DNA of 64,000 bases from an uncultured Rhodobacteraceae bacterium. Lineage in GTDB: Bacteria; Pseudomonadota; Alphaproteobacteria; Rhodobacterales; Rhodobacteraceae. The stretch spans positions 3,267 to 67,266 of the forward strand of contig CALDUK010000015.1 of assembly GCA_937924905.1 (NCBI GenBank), in the 5' to 3' direction. Positions within the stretch are counted from its first letter, which is position 1. The number at the start of each line of letters is the position of its first letter. The translations under genes and the position numbers were made by a program. The notes beneath the pieces are model-generated. The model had not been told where the DNA came from. It was given only the letters and a program-made list of their open reading frames with translations, and did no database searches. Below are positions 37,974-48,286 of the stretch, one piece after another.

Positions 37974-38891
37974 ATGAAAGATCGCGTGCTGGCCGAAACT
38001 GTTCTCTCGATGACCGGATTTGCCTCGGTGGAAGGGGGGTATGAAGGCTGGACCTGGACGGTCGAAATGCGTGGCGTAAACGGCAGAACCCTGGACCTTC
38101 GATTGCGCTTGCCGGACCTTGATGGGCTAGAGCCAAAGGTACGCAAAGCCCTGCAAACAAGGCTTGGGCGGGGAAATGTCTCGGTTCTGGTAAAGCTTCA
38201 GCAAAGCGATACGGCGGCCACAACCGTCCTGAATCCACAAGCTCTGGATGCAGCGCTGACCCATCTTCAGGCGATCCAGTTCAAGGCCGCCCAAGCCGGG
38301 GTCGATCTTGCGCCGACATCTGCATCAGATGTGGCTTCGATGCGCAATGTGATTGAAATCACCGATAGGGACACCGAAGACAATTCAGCAGAACTGACCC
38401 GAATTGTTTACGAAACGGTCGAAACCTGCCTTAATCTGTTTGTCGCCGACCGGGCGCGCGAAGGGTCCGCACTGGCCGCTGTCATGGGCGAACAGGTCGA
38501 CCGGATCGAAACCTTGACCCAGAACGCACTTGGCGCGGTGGGCGACCGCGAAACGGCACAGAAAGTCGCGCTGACCCGCAGCCTGGAACGCCTTCTGGGT
38601 GTGACCGATGTTCCAGACGAAGACCGCCTGCGACACGAACTGGCGCTGATTGCTGTGAAAACCGACGTAACCGAAGAACTCGACCGTTTGGACGCCCATG
38701 TCGCGGCGGCGCGCGATCTTTTGCAAACCAAGGGTCCGGTGGGCCGCAAGCTGGACTTTTTGATGCAGGAATTTAACCGCGAGGCCAACACGCTCTGTTC
38801 CAAAGCGCAATCGGCGGCGTTGACAGCCATTGGGCTAGACCTCAAGACGGTGATCGAACAGATGCGCGAACAGGTGCAAAACATCGAATGA
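37974..38891 (+). CDS. yicC: YicC/YloC-family endoribonuclease
   Basis: [56 protein letters not shown]; upstream of gmk. Confidence 0.93.
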   Translation: MKDRVLAETVLSMTGFASVEGGYEGWTWTVEMRGVNGRTLDLRLRLPDLDGLEPKVRKALQTRLGRGNVSVLVKLQQSDTAATTVLNPQALDAALTHLQAIQFKAAQAGVDLAPTSASDVASMRNVIEITDRDTEDNSAELTRIVYETVETCLNLFVADRAREGSALAAVMGEQVDRIETLTQNALGAVGDRETAQKVALTRSLERLLGVTDVPDEDRLRHELALIAVKTDVTEELDRLDAHVAAARDLLQTKGPVGRKLDFLMQEFNREANTLCSKAQSAALTAIGLDLKTVIEQMREQVQNIE

Positions 38892-39526
38892 CACGCCGCG
38901 GCCTTCTTATCATTTTATCGTCGCCTTCGGGGGCCGGAAAATCGACGCTGGCCAAACGTCTGCGCGCCTGGGATCAGGATATCCGCTTTTCTGTCTCAGC
39001 CACCACGCGTGCGCCGCGCGTTGGCGAAACAGATGGCAAAGACTACCATTTCGTTGATGAGACCAGTTTCAAACGCATGGTCAGCGACCGGGAAATGCTG
39101 GAACATGCCCATGTGTTCGGCAATTTCTATGGTTCGCCCTTGGGGCCAGTGTCGGACGCAATTGAAACCGGCCATGACGTTTTGTTCGACATTGACTGGC
39201 AAGGGGCACAGCAAATCCAGAAAAGCCCCCTGGCGTCCAGCGTCCTGTCGATTTTCCTTCTGCCCCCCTCAATCTCGGAACTGCGCCGCCGTCTGGAATC
39301 GCGCGGTCAGGACAGTGACGAGGTGATCGCCAAACGCATGAACCGAAGTTGGGATGAAATCAGCCATTGGGACGGCTACAACTATGTGCTGATCAACGAT
39401 GATCTTGATCACACCGAAAGTCGTGTGAAAACCATCGTCACCGCCGAACGGTTGCGCGGCAGCCAACAACCGTCGCTTGTTGATCACGTCCGCCAGCTTC
39501 AGGCCGAGTTTGAGGCGCAGCCGTGA
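38888..39526 (+). CDS. gmk: Guanylate kinase
   Basis: [37 protein letters not shown]. Confidence 0.97.
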   Translation: MTRRGLLIILSSPSGAGKSTLAKRLRAWDQDIRFSVSATTRAPRVGETDGKDYHFVDETSFKRMVSDREMLEHAHVFGNFYGSPLGPVSDAIETGHDVLFDIDWQGAQQIQKSPLASSVLSIFLLPPSISELRRRLESRGQDSDEVIAKRMNRSWDEISHWDGYNYVLINDDLDHTESRVKTIVTAERLRGSQQPSLVDHVRQLQAEFEAQP

Positions 39527-40056
39527 CGCTTTATGCGCTGGACGGGCAAGGCCCTGTATTGCCAGCAGATGGCGATGTCTGGATCGCCCCGGACGCGCAG
39601 GTGATCGGCAATGTCACCCTTCACAGCAAGTCGTCGGTCTGGTTTGGCGCAGCACTGCGCGGTGACAACGAACCCATCGTTATCGGCGAAGGATCAAACT
39701 TGCAGGAACATGTCGTGGTCCATACAGACCCCGGTTACCCTTGCGTCATCGGAAAGAACTGCACGATCGGCCACAAGGCCATGTTGCACGGTTGCATGAT
39801 TGAAGACGGCGCATTGATCGGCATGGGGGCCACCATACTGAACGGTGCGCGCATTGGGGCGGGCGCATTGGTTGGGGCAGGGGCCCTGATCCCGGAAGGC
39901 AAAAACATACCCGCAGGCAGTCTTGTGATGGGCATGCCCGGCCGTGTGATCCGTGAACTGACAGATGAACAACGCGCGTCAAACATCGCGTCGGCCGAAC
40001 ACTATCAGACCCGAATGCGCCTGTTCCGCGATAAACTGAACGTCGTGCCGGGCTAG
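39523..40056 (+). CDS. Gamma carbonic anhydrase-family (hexapeptide repeat) protein
   Basis: [38 protein letters not shown]. Confidence 0.92.
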   Translation: MTLYALDGQGPVLPADGDVWIAPDAQVIGNVTLHSKSSVWFGAALRGDNEPIVIGEGSNLQEHVVVHTDPGYPCVIGKNCTIGHKAMLHGCMIEDGALIGMGATILNGARIGAGALVGAGALIPEGKNIPAGSLVMGMPGRVIRELTDEQRASNIASAEHYQTRMRLFRDKLNVVPG

Positions 40057-40439
40057 TTGTCGCGCTGCGCCATGCGAAAATCCAGACGCGGGCACAGCTG
40101 ACGAACTTCGCGTTCTATAAGATCAGGTTTTGGCAGGTCGTTGCCGTAAGCGGTGTACATGCCGGTATAGCTCAGATTGTGCAAAAGCACGGCCAACTCG
40201 ATGCAATCAAAGGAACGTGCCAAAACCGGCGAGCAGACCATCTCGGGGTCAAAATGCTCCAGGTTTTCCTGCGTGACCTGATGAAACGCAATGAAAGCCA
40301 GGCCGCCACTTGGAAACGAATTTCCCTGGCCCCGCCAATCTTCCAACTCGCCAACAGCCAGAACTTTGACAGAATGTTCGCCTTCGCGATCGACCGAGGT
40401 GAACGAACCCTCGTTTAGGAACAAAGCGTTTTTAGACAT
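40053..40439 (-). CDS. Hypothetical protein, possibly a degenerate receiver (REC)-like domain
   Basis: 128 aa with AGGGG RBS; VLAVG..PEMVCSP..FDCIELA..YTAYG..LPKP pattern. Confidence 0.65.
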   Translation of the reverse strand: MSKNALFLNEGSFTSVDREGEHSVKVLAVGELEDWRGQGNSFPSGGLAFIAFHQVTQENLEHFDPEMVCSPVLARSFDCIELAVLLHNLSYTGMYTAYGNDLPKPDLIEREVRQLCPRLDFRMAQRDN

Positions 40440-40643
40440 TAGACCCCTACTGCATGCTTAGGTTGTTGCTGCACACAAAATTCAACTTATAATAAAATTT
40501 TGGATCGTCCAATGAAAATTTGCCGCAGGTTTGGGCGCGGCACAGCTGTCTGGAAATAGCTGCGCATTCGGGGTGTGGACTCTGCGCTCTCTGGTTCCCG
40601 TTCTCATTTCACGGTACCCCCGGCGCACAGATACGGGTTTGCG

Positions 40644-41672
40644 ATGATGCCAAACGACACCAACATTCTGGACGCGCTGCCCATTCCGGCACTTTTGCTG
40701 GGGTCGGACGGGCGGATAATTGGCGCCAATCACGGCGCATCTGCGCTTTTTGGAGATGCCATCGAAGGCCGCCACCACATCACGGTGTTGCGTCAACCGG
40801 CGCTGCTGGATGCGGTCGAGCGTGCATCAACGGGGCAGGGAACAGTTCAGGCCGAATATCTGACAACCGAAGCCCGCCGTGACGTGACATGGTACGTGAC
40901 CTGCGCGCCGCTTGCGCCGGGTGGTGTCCTTCTGTCTTTCGAAGATCGAAGCGCTATGGAAGACGCGGACCAAATGCGCCGCGATTTCGTGGCAAATGTC
41001 AGCCACGAACTTAGAACGCCTTTGACGGCCATTCTTGGGTTCATCGAAACGCTCAATGGGCCCGCCCGGAACGACAAAGCGGCGCGGGACAAGTTCCTGA
41101 ACACGATGGAACGTGAAGCACAGCGCATGAACCGACTGGTAGCCGACCTTCTGTCGCTAAGCAAAGTCGAAGCCGATGAGCGCGTGCGTCCAACCCAGAC
41201 GGTTGACATGGCCCGGCTTGTCGAACGGGTTTTGCATAATCTCAAGCCTTTGATCGACAGCACCGAAGCCGATCTTGTGTTTCAAAAACAAGGCGCGCGT
41301 TTCAACCTGGCGGGGGAAGATGATCAACTTAGTCAGGTCGTGACCAACTTGATTGAAAACGCGATCAAATACGCGGGCCGCTCTGGCCCGGTCGAGGTGA
41401 CGCTCAGCCGTCATGAAAACCACGTCATGCTGCGCGGCGACGCGATTATTCTGACCATCCGCGACCATGGTGACGGCATTGCTGCTGTTCACATACCCCG
41501 CCTGACCGAGCGATTCTATCGTATCGACAGCCATCGTTCGCGCGGAATGGGCGGAACCGGGCTGGGCCTTGCCATCGTCAAACATATCGTCAACCGCCAT
41601 CGCGGTCGGTTGCGCATCGAAAGCACACCAGGAATCGGCAGTGTTTTCACTGTCATTCTGCCCGCCGCCTGA
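40644..41672 (+). CDS. phoR: Phosphate regulon sensor histidine kinase (PAS-HisKA-HATPase, no TM)
   Basis: RRDFVANVSHELRTPLT, NLIENAIKY, HIPRLTERFYRID..RSR..GGTGLGLAIVKH; upstream of the pst operon. Confidence 0.9.
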   Translation: MMPNDTNILDALPIPALLLGSDGRIIGANHGASALFGDAIEGRHHITVLRQPALLDAVERASTGQGTVQAEYLTTEARRDVTWYVTCAPLAPGGVLLSFEDRSAMEDADQMRRDFVANVSHELRTPLTAILGFIETLNGPARNDKAARDKFLNTMEREAQRMNRLVADLLSLSKVEADERVRPTQTVDMARLVERVLHNLKPLIDSTEADLVFQKQGARFNLAGEDDQLSQVVTNLIENAIKYAGRSGPVEVTLSRHENHVMLRGDAIILTIRDHGDGIAAVHIPRLTERFYRIDSHRSRGMGGTGLGLAIVKHIVNRHRGRLRIESTPGIGSVFTVILPAA

Positions 41673-41706
41673 AAGATCAAACCACCGAACCCGCGTCTTG
41701 GCGTGT

Positions 41707-41735
41707 GTGTCATAAAACTGTTACGTTGCTGTCAC
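41707..41735 (+). promoter_or_regulatory. Pho box (three direct repeats, 11-bp period)
   Basis: GTGTCAT-AAAA-CTGTTAC-GTTG-CTGTCAC matches CTGTCAT-N4 repeats, ~80 nt upstream of pstS. Confidence 0.9.
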
Positions 41736-41812
41736 AAAACCATAGCGCGTGCCGCCTAATCAGCCGGCAAGAACCGCGTGGGGCGGTTCAAAGCAAACAG
41801 GAGAGTTTCCAA

Positions 41813-42853
41813 ATGCTGAACGCAAAACTGACCGTCTCTGCCATGGCGATCATTGCAGTTTCCGCAACAACCGCAGCCGCGCGGGACCAGGTGCAGATCG
41901 CCGGATCGTCCACCGTGTTGCCCTATGCCTCAATTGTGGCCGAACTGTTCGGTGACAACACCGACTTCCCGACACCAGTTGTGGAATCGGGCGGTTCGTC
42001 AGCAGGCTTGAAACGATTCTGCCAGGGGGTCGGCTCCGAATATACGGATATCGCCAACTCGTCGCGAAAAATCCGTGAAAAAGAATTGGCAGCTTGCGCC
42101 GAAAATGGCGTGACAGATATCATCGAAGTCCGCATCGGCTATGACGGCATCGTTTTTGCCAGCCAGATCAACGGCCCCGATTACACCGCATTCACGCAAT
42201 CCGATATTTTCAACGCGCTGGCGCCCAAAGTCGTGGTCGACGGGGCTTTGGTCGACAACCCCTATACCAAATGGTCCGACTTCAACGGCGACTTGCCGGA
42301 TGCTGAAATTCTGGCCTTTATTCCAGGGACCAAACACGGCACCCGTGAAGTTTTCGAAGAAAAAGTTATCGCCGCCGGGTGTGAAGCCACAGGTGCGTTC
42401 GAAGCTATGGTGGCCGCAGGCATGTCAGAAGACGACGCCGAAGATGCTTGCCTTGAAGTCCGCACTGACGGCCGTTCGGTCGATATCGATGGTGACTATA
42501 CCGAAACGCTGGCCTCGATTGACGCCAATGCGAACGGTATCGGGGTCTTCGGTCTGGCGTTTTATGAAAACAACACAGACAAGCTGAAGGTCGCGACCAT
42601 GGCGGGGGTGTTCCCGTCAACCGAAACCATTTCAACAGGGGAATATCCGGTGTCGCGCCCGCTCTATTTCTACATCAAAAAGGCGCATATCGGGGTGATC
42701 CCGGGTCTGAAAGAATTTGCACAATTCTTCACGCTGGATGATCTGGCAGGTCCCGAAGGCCCGCTTGCAAATTATGGTCTGGTGGCCGACCCTGAATTGT
42801 CGGTGACACAGGCTACAATCGCGGCAGAAGAAGTCATAGAAGGCGACTTCTAG
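41813..42853 (+). CDS. pstS: Phosphate ABC transporter substrate-binding protein
   Basis: Signal peptide, IAGSSTVLP, ESGGS..G.K.FC, YPVSRPLYFY; GGAG RBS, ATG 41813. Confidence 0.94.
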   Translation: MLNAKLTVSAMAIIAVSATTAAARDQVQIAGSSTVLPYASIVAELFGDNTDFPTPVVESGGSSAGLKRFCQGVGSEYTDIANSSRKIREKELAACAENGVTDIIEVRIGYDGIVFASQINGPDYTAFTQSDIFNALAPKVVVDGALVDNPYTKWSDFNGDLPDAEILAFIPGTKHGTREVFEEKVIAAGCEATGAFEAMVAAGMSEDDAEDACLEVRTDGRSVDIDGDYTETLASIDANANGIGVFGLAFYENNTDKLKVATMAGVFPSTETISTGEYPVSRPLYFYIKKAHIGVIPGLKEFAQFFTLDDLAGPEGPLANYGLVADPELSVTQATIAAEEVIEGDF

Positions 42854-42866
42854 ACCACTGTTTGAC

Positions 42867-42894
42867 AGGGGGTGGCATATTTCGTCGCCCCTTT
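42867..42894 (+). terminator. Stem-loop between pstS and pstC
   Basis: AGGGGGTGGC-ATATTTC-GTCGCCCCTTT with a T-rich tail. Confidence 0.5.
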
Positions 42895-42933
42895 ACTCTT
42901 TTAGGAACTTTCCAAACCGGTGTGGGGACCGAT

Positions 42934-44415
42934 ATGCCTATTTTCTGGCTGATAACGGGGGTGCTGGCCATTGCGTGCATTGGCTATGTGCTGGGCCACC
43001 GCCGCGCCATGGCAAGCGCCGGCGGCAATTTGCGCAGGCTTCATTCCCTGCCAAGTTACTACGGCTTAAATGTCGTGCTCAAAAGTATCGTGCCGGCGCT
43101 TGGATTGACCATTCTTTGGCTGTTGCTTCAGCCGATTTTTGTCAGCAACGCCGTTTCGGGCATGATACCCGACAATGAAATCCCGTTCGGGTCGTCGCGC
43201 GGTCTTGTCATGACCGAAGTCGTCCGCACCGCCAAAGGCTTAAACCAGGCGGTTGCGGCGGGCGAGATAACAGAAGCCACAGCCCAGAATCGCAACACAA
43301 GCGTCGACGATCTGACCGACGCGCTGAAATCAGCAGGGGCGGTGGTGACATCAACACTGACAGCCCCCGTTATGACGGCGGCGCAGGCGTATCGCGAGGT
43401 CAGCCGCAAAGGCTATCTGGGGATGAGCGCGCTGGTACTTTTGGTGGCGACGGTGGGCGCGCTTTGGGCGTTGCGCGAAACACACCCCGACTTTCGCGCG
43501 CGCAATGTGGTCGAACAAGGCATCCGCGCACTGCTGATCGGGGCGGCGTCGATTGCCGTTCTGACAACGCTTGGCATTGTCTTGTCGCTGATCTTCAACA
43601 CGGTCGAATTCTTTCGCCTCTATCCGGCCAGCGATTTCTTCTTCGGTCTGGAATGGGCACCCAGTTTTTCCGGCCGCGGCGGGGCATCCCAGTTGGGCGT
43701 TATCCCGCTTCTTTGGGGCACGTTCTACATCTCTATTGTGGCTTTGGTTGTGGCAGTGCCGGTTGGGCTGTTCGCCGCGATTTACCTGTCTGAATATGCC
43801 ACGCCCACGACCCGCGCCATTGCCAAGCCTTTGCTTGAAATACTGGCGGGGATCCCGACGATTGTGTACGGGCTTTTCGCGCTTTTAACCGTGGGTCCGC
43901 TTTTGGTTAGTGTCTTTGGCGCAGGTGGCGCGTTGGGTGTGAACTGGCAAGGCGGGGGGCGCGCGGTGATGACCGCAGGGCTTGTTATGGGCATCATGCT
44001 AATTCCCTTCGTGTCCTCACTTTCAGACGACATCATCAACGCGGTCCCACAAGCGCTGCGCGATGGATCATATGGGCTTGGGGCGACGCAATCGGAAACC
44101 ATCAAGCAAGTTGTCTTGCCCGCAGCGTTGCCGGGCATTGTCGGCGCGATCCTTCTTGCCGCTTCTCGCGCGATTGGCGAAACGATGATTGTTGTGCTTG
44201 GGGCAGGGGCGGCGGCGCGGCTTGACCTGAACCCGTTCGAAGCCATGACCACAGTGACCGCAAAGATCGTCAGCCAATTGACCGGCGACAGTGATTTCGC
44301 CTCGCCCGAAGCTCTGGTCGCTTTTGCACTTGGGATGACGCTGTTCGTTCTGACGCTGATACTGAATGTTGTCGCGCTCTACATCGTGCGCACATACCGG
44401 GAGCAATATGACTGA
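42934..44415 (+). CDS. pstC: Phosphate ABC transporter permease
   Basis: AIYLSEYA, KPLLEILAGIPTIVYG, SRAIGETMIV. Confidence 0.95.
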   Translation: MPIFWLITGVLAIACIGYVLGHRRAMASAGGNLRRLHSLPSYYGLNVVLKSIVPALGLTILWLLLQPIFVSNAVSGMIPDNEIPFGSSRGLVMTEVVRTAKGLNQAVAAGEITEATAQNRNTSVDDLTDALKSAGAVVTSTLTAPVMTAAQAYREVSRKGYLGMSALVLLVATVGALWALRETHPDFRARNVVEQGIRALLIGAASIAVLTTLGIVLSLIFNTVEFFRLYPASDFFFGLEWAPSFSGRGGASQLGVIPLLWGTFYISIVALVVAVPVGLFAAIYLSEYATPTTRAIAKPLLEILAGIPTIVYGLFALLTVGPLLVSVFGAGGALGVNWQGGGRAVMTAGLVMGIMLIPFVSSLSDDIINAVPQALRDGSYGLGATQSETIKQVVLPAALPGIVGAILLAASRAIGETMIVVLGAGAAARLDLNPFEAMTTVTAKIVSQLTGDSDFASPEALVAFALGMTLFVLTLILNVVALYIVRTYREQYD

Positions 44416-45743
44416 TGTCTGAAGCCAGCACGAACAACCCGGCGCACGCCCCCAAAACGTCACTTCTTGCGTCAGATGCGCGTACCAAACGTCGCGAAAC
44501 GGCCGAAAAACGTTTTCGCATGTATGGCATCGCAGCCATCGCTGTGGGGCTGTTCTTTCTGATCGTGCTGGCCGTCACCATCGTGCGCTCGGGTCTGCCT
44601 GCTTTCACAAGCGCGGTGGTGGATATCGAGTTCACCCTGACCGAAGTGCAATTTGACGAAGCCGAAGGTACGGTTTTCAAGACCAAGGCCTATCAAGGGT
44701 TCTTCAACGCCGCCTTGGCCGAACGGTTGCAAGCCGCAGATTTCGACGTTGCCTTTGATGAAAAAGCCATTGAACGCTTGCTTGGCAAAACCGGCGGCAC
44801 CATCCGCGAGTTCTTCCGCGCCAATCCTGACAAACTGGGTGAACCCGTCAGTTTCGAATTGCCGGCCTCGTCGCGTGTTGACGGCTATTTCAAAGGCCGC
44901 GTCACCCGCGACACGCTGGTCGACAGCCGTTTCTTGCAGGTCAGCGATCTTGATATCGTCGATGCGATGGTGGACGCAGGCGTGATCAAAACCGTGTTCA
45001 ACTGGAACTTCGTCACCGGCGCAGACACAGGCGTCGACAATCCGGGCGGCGCGGGCATCGGCGCGTCGGTGATCGGATCGTTCTTTATGATGCTGGTCGT
45101 TTTGGTCCTGTCTTTGCCCATCGGCGTAGCCGCGTCCATCTATCTGGAAGAATTTGCACCGCAAAATCGCTTCACCGACTTGATTGAGGTAAACATCTCC
45201 AACCTTGCCGCCGTGCCATCCATCGTCTTCGGTATCCTTGGGTTGGCAGTGTTCATTCAGTTCATGCACCTGCCGCAATCTGCGCCGCTTGTGGGGGGGC
45301 TGGTCCTGACGCTGATGACTTTGCCGACCATCATCATTTCGACCCGCGCCTCGCTCAAAGCGGTGCCGCCGTCCATTCGCGAAGCGGCCCTTGGGGTAGG
45401 GGCCTCCAAAATGCAGACAGTCTTCCACCACGTCCTGCCGCTGGCCATGCCAGGCATTCTGACCGGCACGATTATCGGCCTGGCACAAGCGCTTGGGGAA
45501 ACCGCGCCGCTTTTGTTGATAGGCATGGTGGGCTTTGTTGCGCGCGGCTATCCTGACGGTGTCGTCTCCGGTTTCCTCGACCCGAACTCGGCCATGCCCG
45601 CACAAATTTACACCTGGGCGGCGCGCGCCGATGCCGGGTTCTATGAAAAAGCGTGGGGTGGGATTATCATCCTGCTGCTGTTCCTGTTGGCCATGAACAT
45701 TCTGGCCATCATTCTGCGTCGGCGGTTTGAGCGGCGCTGGTAG
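44415..45743 (+). CDS. pstA: Phosphate ABC transporter permease
   Basis: IYLEEFA, NLAAVPSIVFG, AQALGETAPLL. Confidence 0.95.
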   Translation: MSEASTNNPAHAPKTSLLASDARTKRRETAEKRFRMYGIAAIAVGLFFLIVLAVTIVRSGLPAFTSAVVDIEFTLTEVQFDEAEGTVFKTKAYQGFFNAALAERLQAADFDVAFDEKAIERLLGKTGGTIREFFRANPDKLGEPVSFELPASSRVDGYFKGRVTRDTLVDSRFLQVSDLDIVDAMVDAGVIKTVFNWNFVTGADTGVDNPGGAGIGASVIGSFFMMLVVLVLSLPIGVAASIYLEEFAPQNRFTDLIEVNISNLAAVPSIVFGILGLAVFIQFMHLPQSAPLVGGLVLTLMTLPTIIISTRASLKAVPPSIREAALGVGASKMQTVFHHVLPLAMPGILTGTIIGLAQALGETAPLLLIGMVGFVARGYPDGVVSGFLDPNSAMPAQIYTWAARADAGFYEKAWGGIIILLLFLLAMNILAIILRRRFERRW

Positions 45744-45752
45744 GGGGCAGCC

Positions 45753-46550
45753 ATGAATGACATGAGACTTTTGCAACGGACGCAGGGCATGAACGATATA
45801 AAAATCCAAGCCAATGGCGTTGACGTGTTCTACGCCGACAACCATGCCATCAAGGACGTCTCGGTTGAAATCGAAGACAAAACTGTCACGGCTTTCATCG
45901 GGCCGTCAGGCTGTGGGAAATCTACCTTCCTGCGCTGCCTCAACCGGATGAATGACACGATCGACATCTGCAAGGTTACCGGTGACATTCTGCTGGATGG
46001 CGAAGACATCTATGACCCAAAGGTGGACCCGGTCCAACTGCGCGCCAAGGTCGGCATGGTTTTCCAAAAGCCGAACCCGTTCCCGAAGTCGATCTATGAC
46101 AATGTGGCCTATGGGCCCCGCATTCATGGATTGGCGAAGAACAAAGCGGAACTTGATGAAATTATTGAGAAATCCCTGCGTCGCGGTGCCATCTGGGACG
46201 AGGTCAAAGACCGCCTGAAACAACCGGGCACAGGTCTGTCCGGCGGCCAGCAGCAACGGCTTTGCATTGCGCGCGCCATCGCGACCGAACCCGAGGTTCT
46301 GTTGATGGATGAACCATGCTCGGCGCTTGATCCAATTGCCACGGCGCAGGTCGAAGAACTGATCGACGAACTGAAACAGAACTATTCCGTCGTGATCGTC
46401 ACACACTCGATGCAACAGGCCGCGCGTGTCAGTCAAAAGACCGCCTTTTTCCATCTGGGAAGCCTGGTTGAATACGGCGAGACCGGAAAGATTTTCACAA
46501 ACCCCGAAGACAGCCGGACTGAAAGCTATATCACCGGCCGGATCGGGTAG
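45753..46550 (+). CDS. pstB: Phosphate ABC transporter ATP-binding protein
   Basis: [43 protein letters not shown]. Confidence 0.97.
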   Translation: MNDMRLLQRTQGMNDIKIQANGVDVFYADNHAIKDVSVEIEDKTVTAFIGPSGCGKSTFLRCLNRMNDTIDICKVTGDILLDGEDIYDPKVDPVQLRAKVGMVFQKPNPFPKSIYDNVAYGPRIHGLAKNKAELDEIIEKSLRRGAIWDEVKDRLKQPGTGLSGGQQQRLCIARAIATEPEVLLMDEPCSALDPIATAQVEELIDELKQNYSVVIVTHSMQQAARVSQKTAFFHLGSLVEYGETGKIFTNPEDSRTESYITGRIG

Positions 46551-46561
46551 GGGAGAAACCC

Positions 46562-47275
46562 ATGATTGACCCGCATATTGCGTCTGCCTTCGACCGCGAT
46601 CTTGAAACCATTCAAGCCATGCTGATGAAAATGGGCGGACTTGTCGAAACCGCCATTCTCGAAGGGGCCGAGGCGCTGGAACACCGCGATCTCGATAAGG
46701 CTGAAAAGGTCCGTTCGGGTGACAAGGCCATTGACCGGCTGGAAGAACAGGTGAACGAAGAAGCCACCCGTGTCATCGCGTTGCGCGCGCCTACGGCCAG
46801 CGATCTGCGCACCGTGATGACCGTGATCAAGATCAGCGCCAATCTGGAACGCTGCGGGGATTACGCAAAAAACATGGCCAAACGCACAACCGTTCTGGCC
46901 GAAACGCCGCCCGTCGGCTCGGCATCGGTTTCGATCCGCAAATTGGCGCGCGAGGTGCAGTTGATGCTGAAAGACGCGCTGGACAGCTATATTCAGCGCG
47001 ACGCCGACCTGGCGATGCAGGTGATCGAACGGGACGAAGATGTCGATCAGATCTACAACGCGCTGTTCCGCGAGTTGCTGACCCATATGATGGAAGACCC
47101 GCGCAACATAACCCCTTGTATGCACCTGCATTTCGTTGCGAAAAACTGCGAACGCATGGGGGATCACGTCACCAGCATCGCGGAACAGGTGGTCTATCTT
47201 GTCACCGGCAGCATGCCTGACGACGGACGCAACAAGCAAGACGCAACGCCTTACATGACGGACGAGGGGCTTTGA
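46562..47275 (+). CDS. phoU: Phosphate signalling protein PhoU
   Basis: PTASDLR, LERCGDYAKN, DEDVD, ERMGDH. Confidence 0.96.
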   Translation: MIDPHIASAFDRDLETIQAMLMKMGGLVETAILEGAEALEHRDLDKAEKVRSGDKAIDRLEEQVNEEATRVIALRAPTASDLRTVMTVIKISANLERCGDYAKNMAKRTTVLAETPPVGSASVSIRKLAREVQLMLKDALDSYIQRDADLAMQVIERDEDVDQIYNALFRELLTHMMEDPRNITPCMHLHFVAKNCERMGDHVTSIAEQVVYLVTGSMPDDGRNKQDATPYMTDEGL

Positions 47276-47276
47276 C

Positions 47277-47966
47277 ATGCCGGCCAACCAGCCGACGGTT
47301 TTGGTGGTTGAAGACGAACCGGCGCAACGCGACGTTCTGACCTATAATCTGGAAGCCGAAGGTTATCAGGTCAGCCTTGCGGAAACCGGTGATGATGCTG
47401 TGTTGCAAGTCACCGAAGCCCCGCCAGATGTGATCGTGCTGGACTGGATGCTTCCCGGCATCTCGGGGATCGAGATATGCCGACGGTTGAAGGCCAGTCA
47501 GGCAACCCGCAATATTCCCGTTATTATGTTAACTGCGTGCACCGAAGAAACCGACCGGGTCAGGGGGCTGGAAACCGGCGCCGATGATTACGTCGTCAAG
47601 CCCTATTCGGTGATCGAGCTGATGGCGCGCATCCGCACACAGCTGCGCCGTGTGCGCCCGGCCAGCGTAGGCGAAAAGCTGGAATATGACGATATCCAGC
47701 TGGACGCCGAAACCCACCGCGTGACCCGCGCGGGTCATCCGATCAAGCTGGGGCCGACTGAATTTCGGCTGCTGTCCACATTCATGGACAAACCCGGCCG
47801 CGTATGGACCCGCGAACAGCTTTTGGATCGCGTCTGGGGCCGCGATATCTATGTCGATACGCGAACGGTCGATGTCCACATCGGACGGCTGCGCAAAGCG
47901 CTGCGTCAGAACGGCGGGGAAGACCCGGTACGCACAGTGCGCGGTGCCGGATATGCGTTGGGTTAA
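47277..47966 (+). CDS. phoB: Phosphate regulon response regulator
   Basis: VVEDE, LDWMLPG, GADDYVVKP, LGPTEFRLL, REQLLDRVWG, RTVDVHIGRLRK. Confidence 0.96.
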   Translation: MPANQPTVLVVEDEPAQRDVLTYNLEAEGYQVSLAETGDDAVLQVTEAPPDVIVLDWMLPGISGIEICRRLKASQATRNIPVIMLTACTEETDRVRGLETGADDYVVKPYSVIELMARIRTQLRRVRPASVGEKLEYDDIQLDAETHRVTRAGHPIKLGPTEFRLLSTFMDKPGRVWTREQLLDRVWGRDIYVDTRTVDVHIGRLRKALRQNGGEDPVRTVRGAGYALG

Positions 47967-48230
47967 TTCGTATAATCGTTATTATGTTAAAAATGTAATT
48001 CGACTATATAACAATAGCTTGCATTGATGAATGAACGCTACCTGCTCATCCTGTGCATTCCCTGCCCAAAACCTTCGGATAAACCCCGCCACAGCTTTCC
48101 TATCCCCGATGCGTAGAAAGCGCGCGACATTTCCTGATCGCCATTGGACGCGTGTGGTGTGGCAATCTTGATTGGCGATGTCGTATCCCGGCGGAAGCGT
48201 CGATTTTTTTCAGCCAGGCTTTTGGCGATG

Positions 48231-48259
48231 AAAAAAGCCCCGGTCACAGCGACCGGGGC
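48231..48259 (-). terminator. Rho-independent terminator of rpsB-tsf
   Basis: 9-bp stem GCCCCGGTC/GACCGGGGC followed by T6 on the minus strand. Confidence 0.88.
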
Positions 48260-48286
48260 CTTTGCAATCCGTTCAGAAAGTATGGC

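Noticed and set aside
44472..45845. 457-aa antisense ORF over pstA, and similar long shadow ORFs over acnA, rpsB, serS and the ABC genes
   Set aside because: Expected from codon bias in GC-rich genes; no recognisable motifs.
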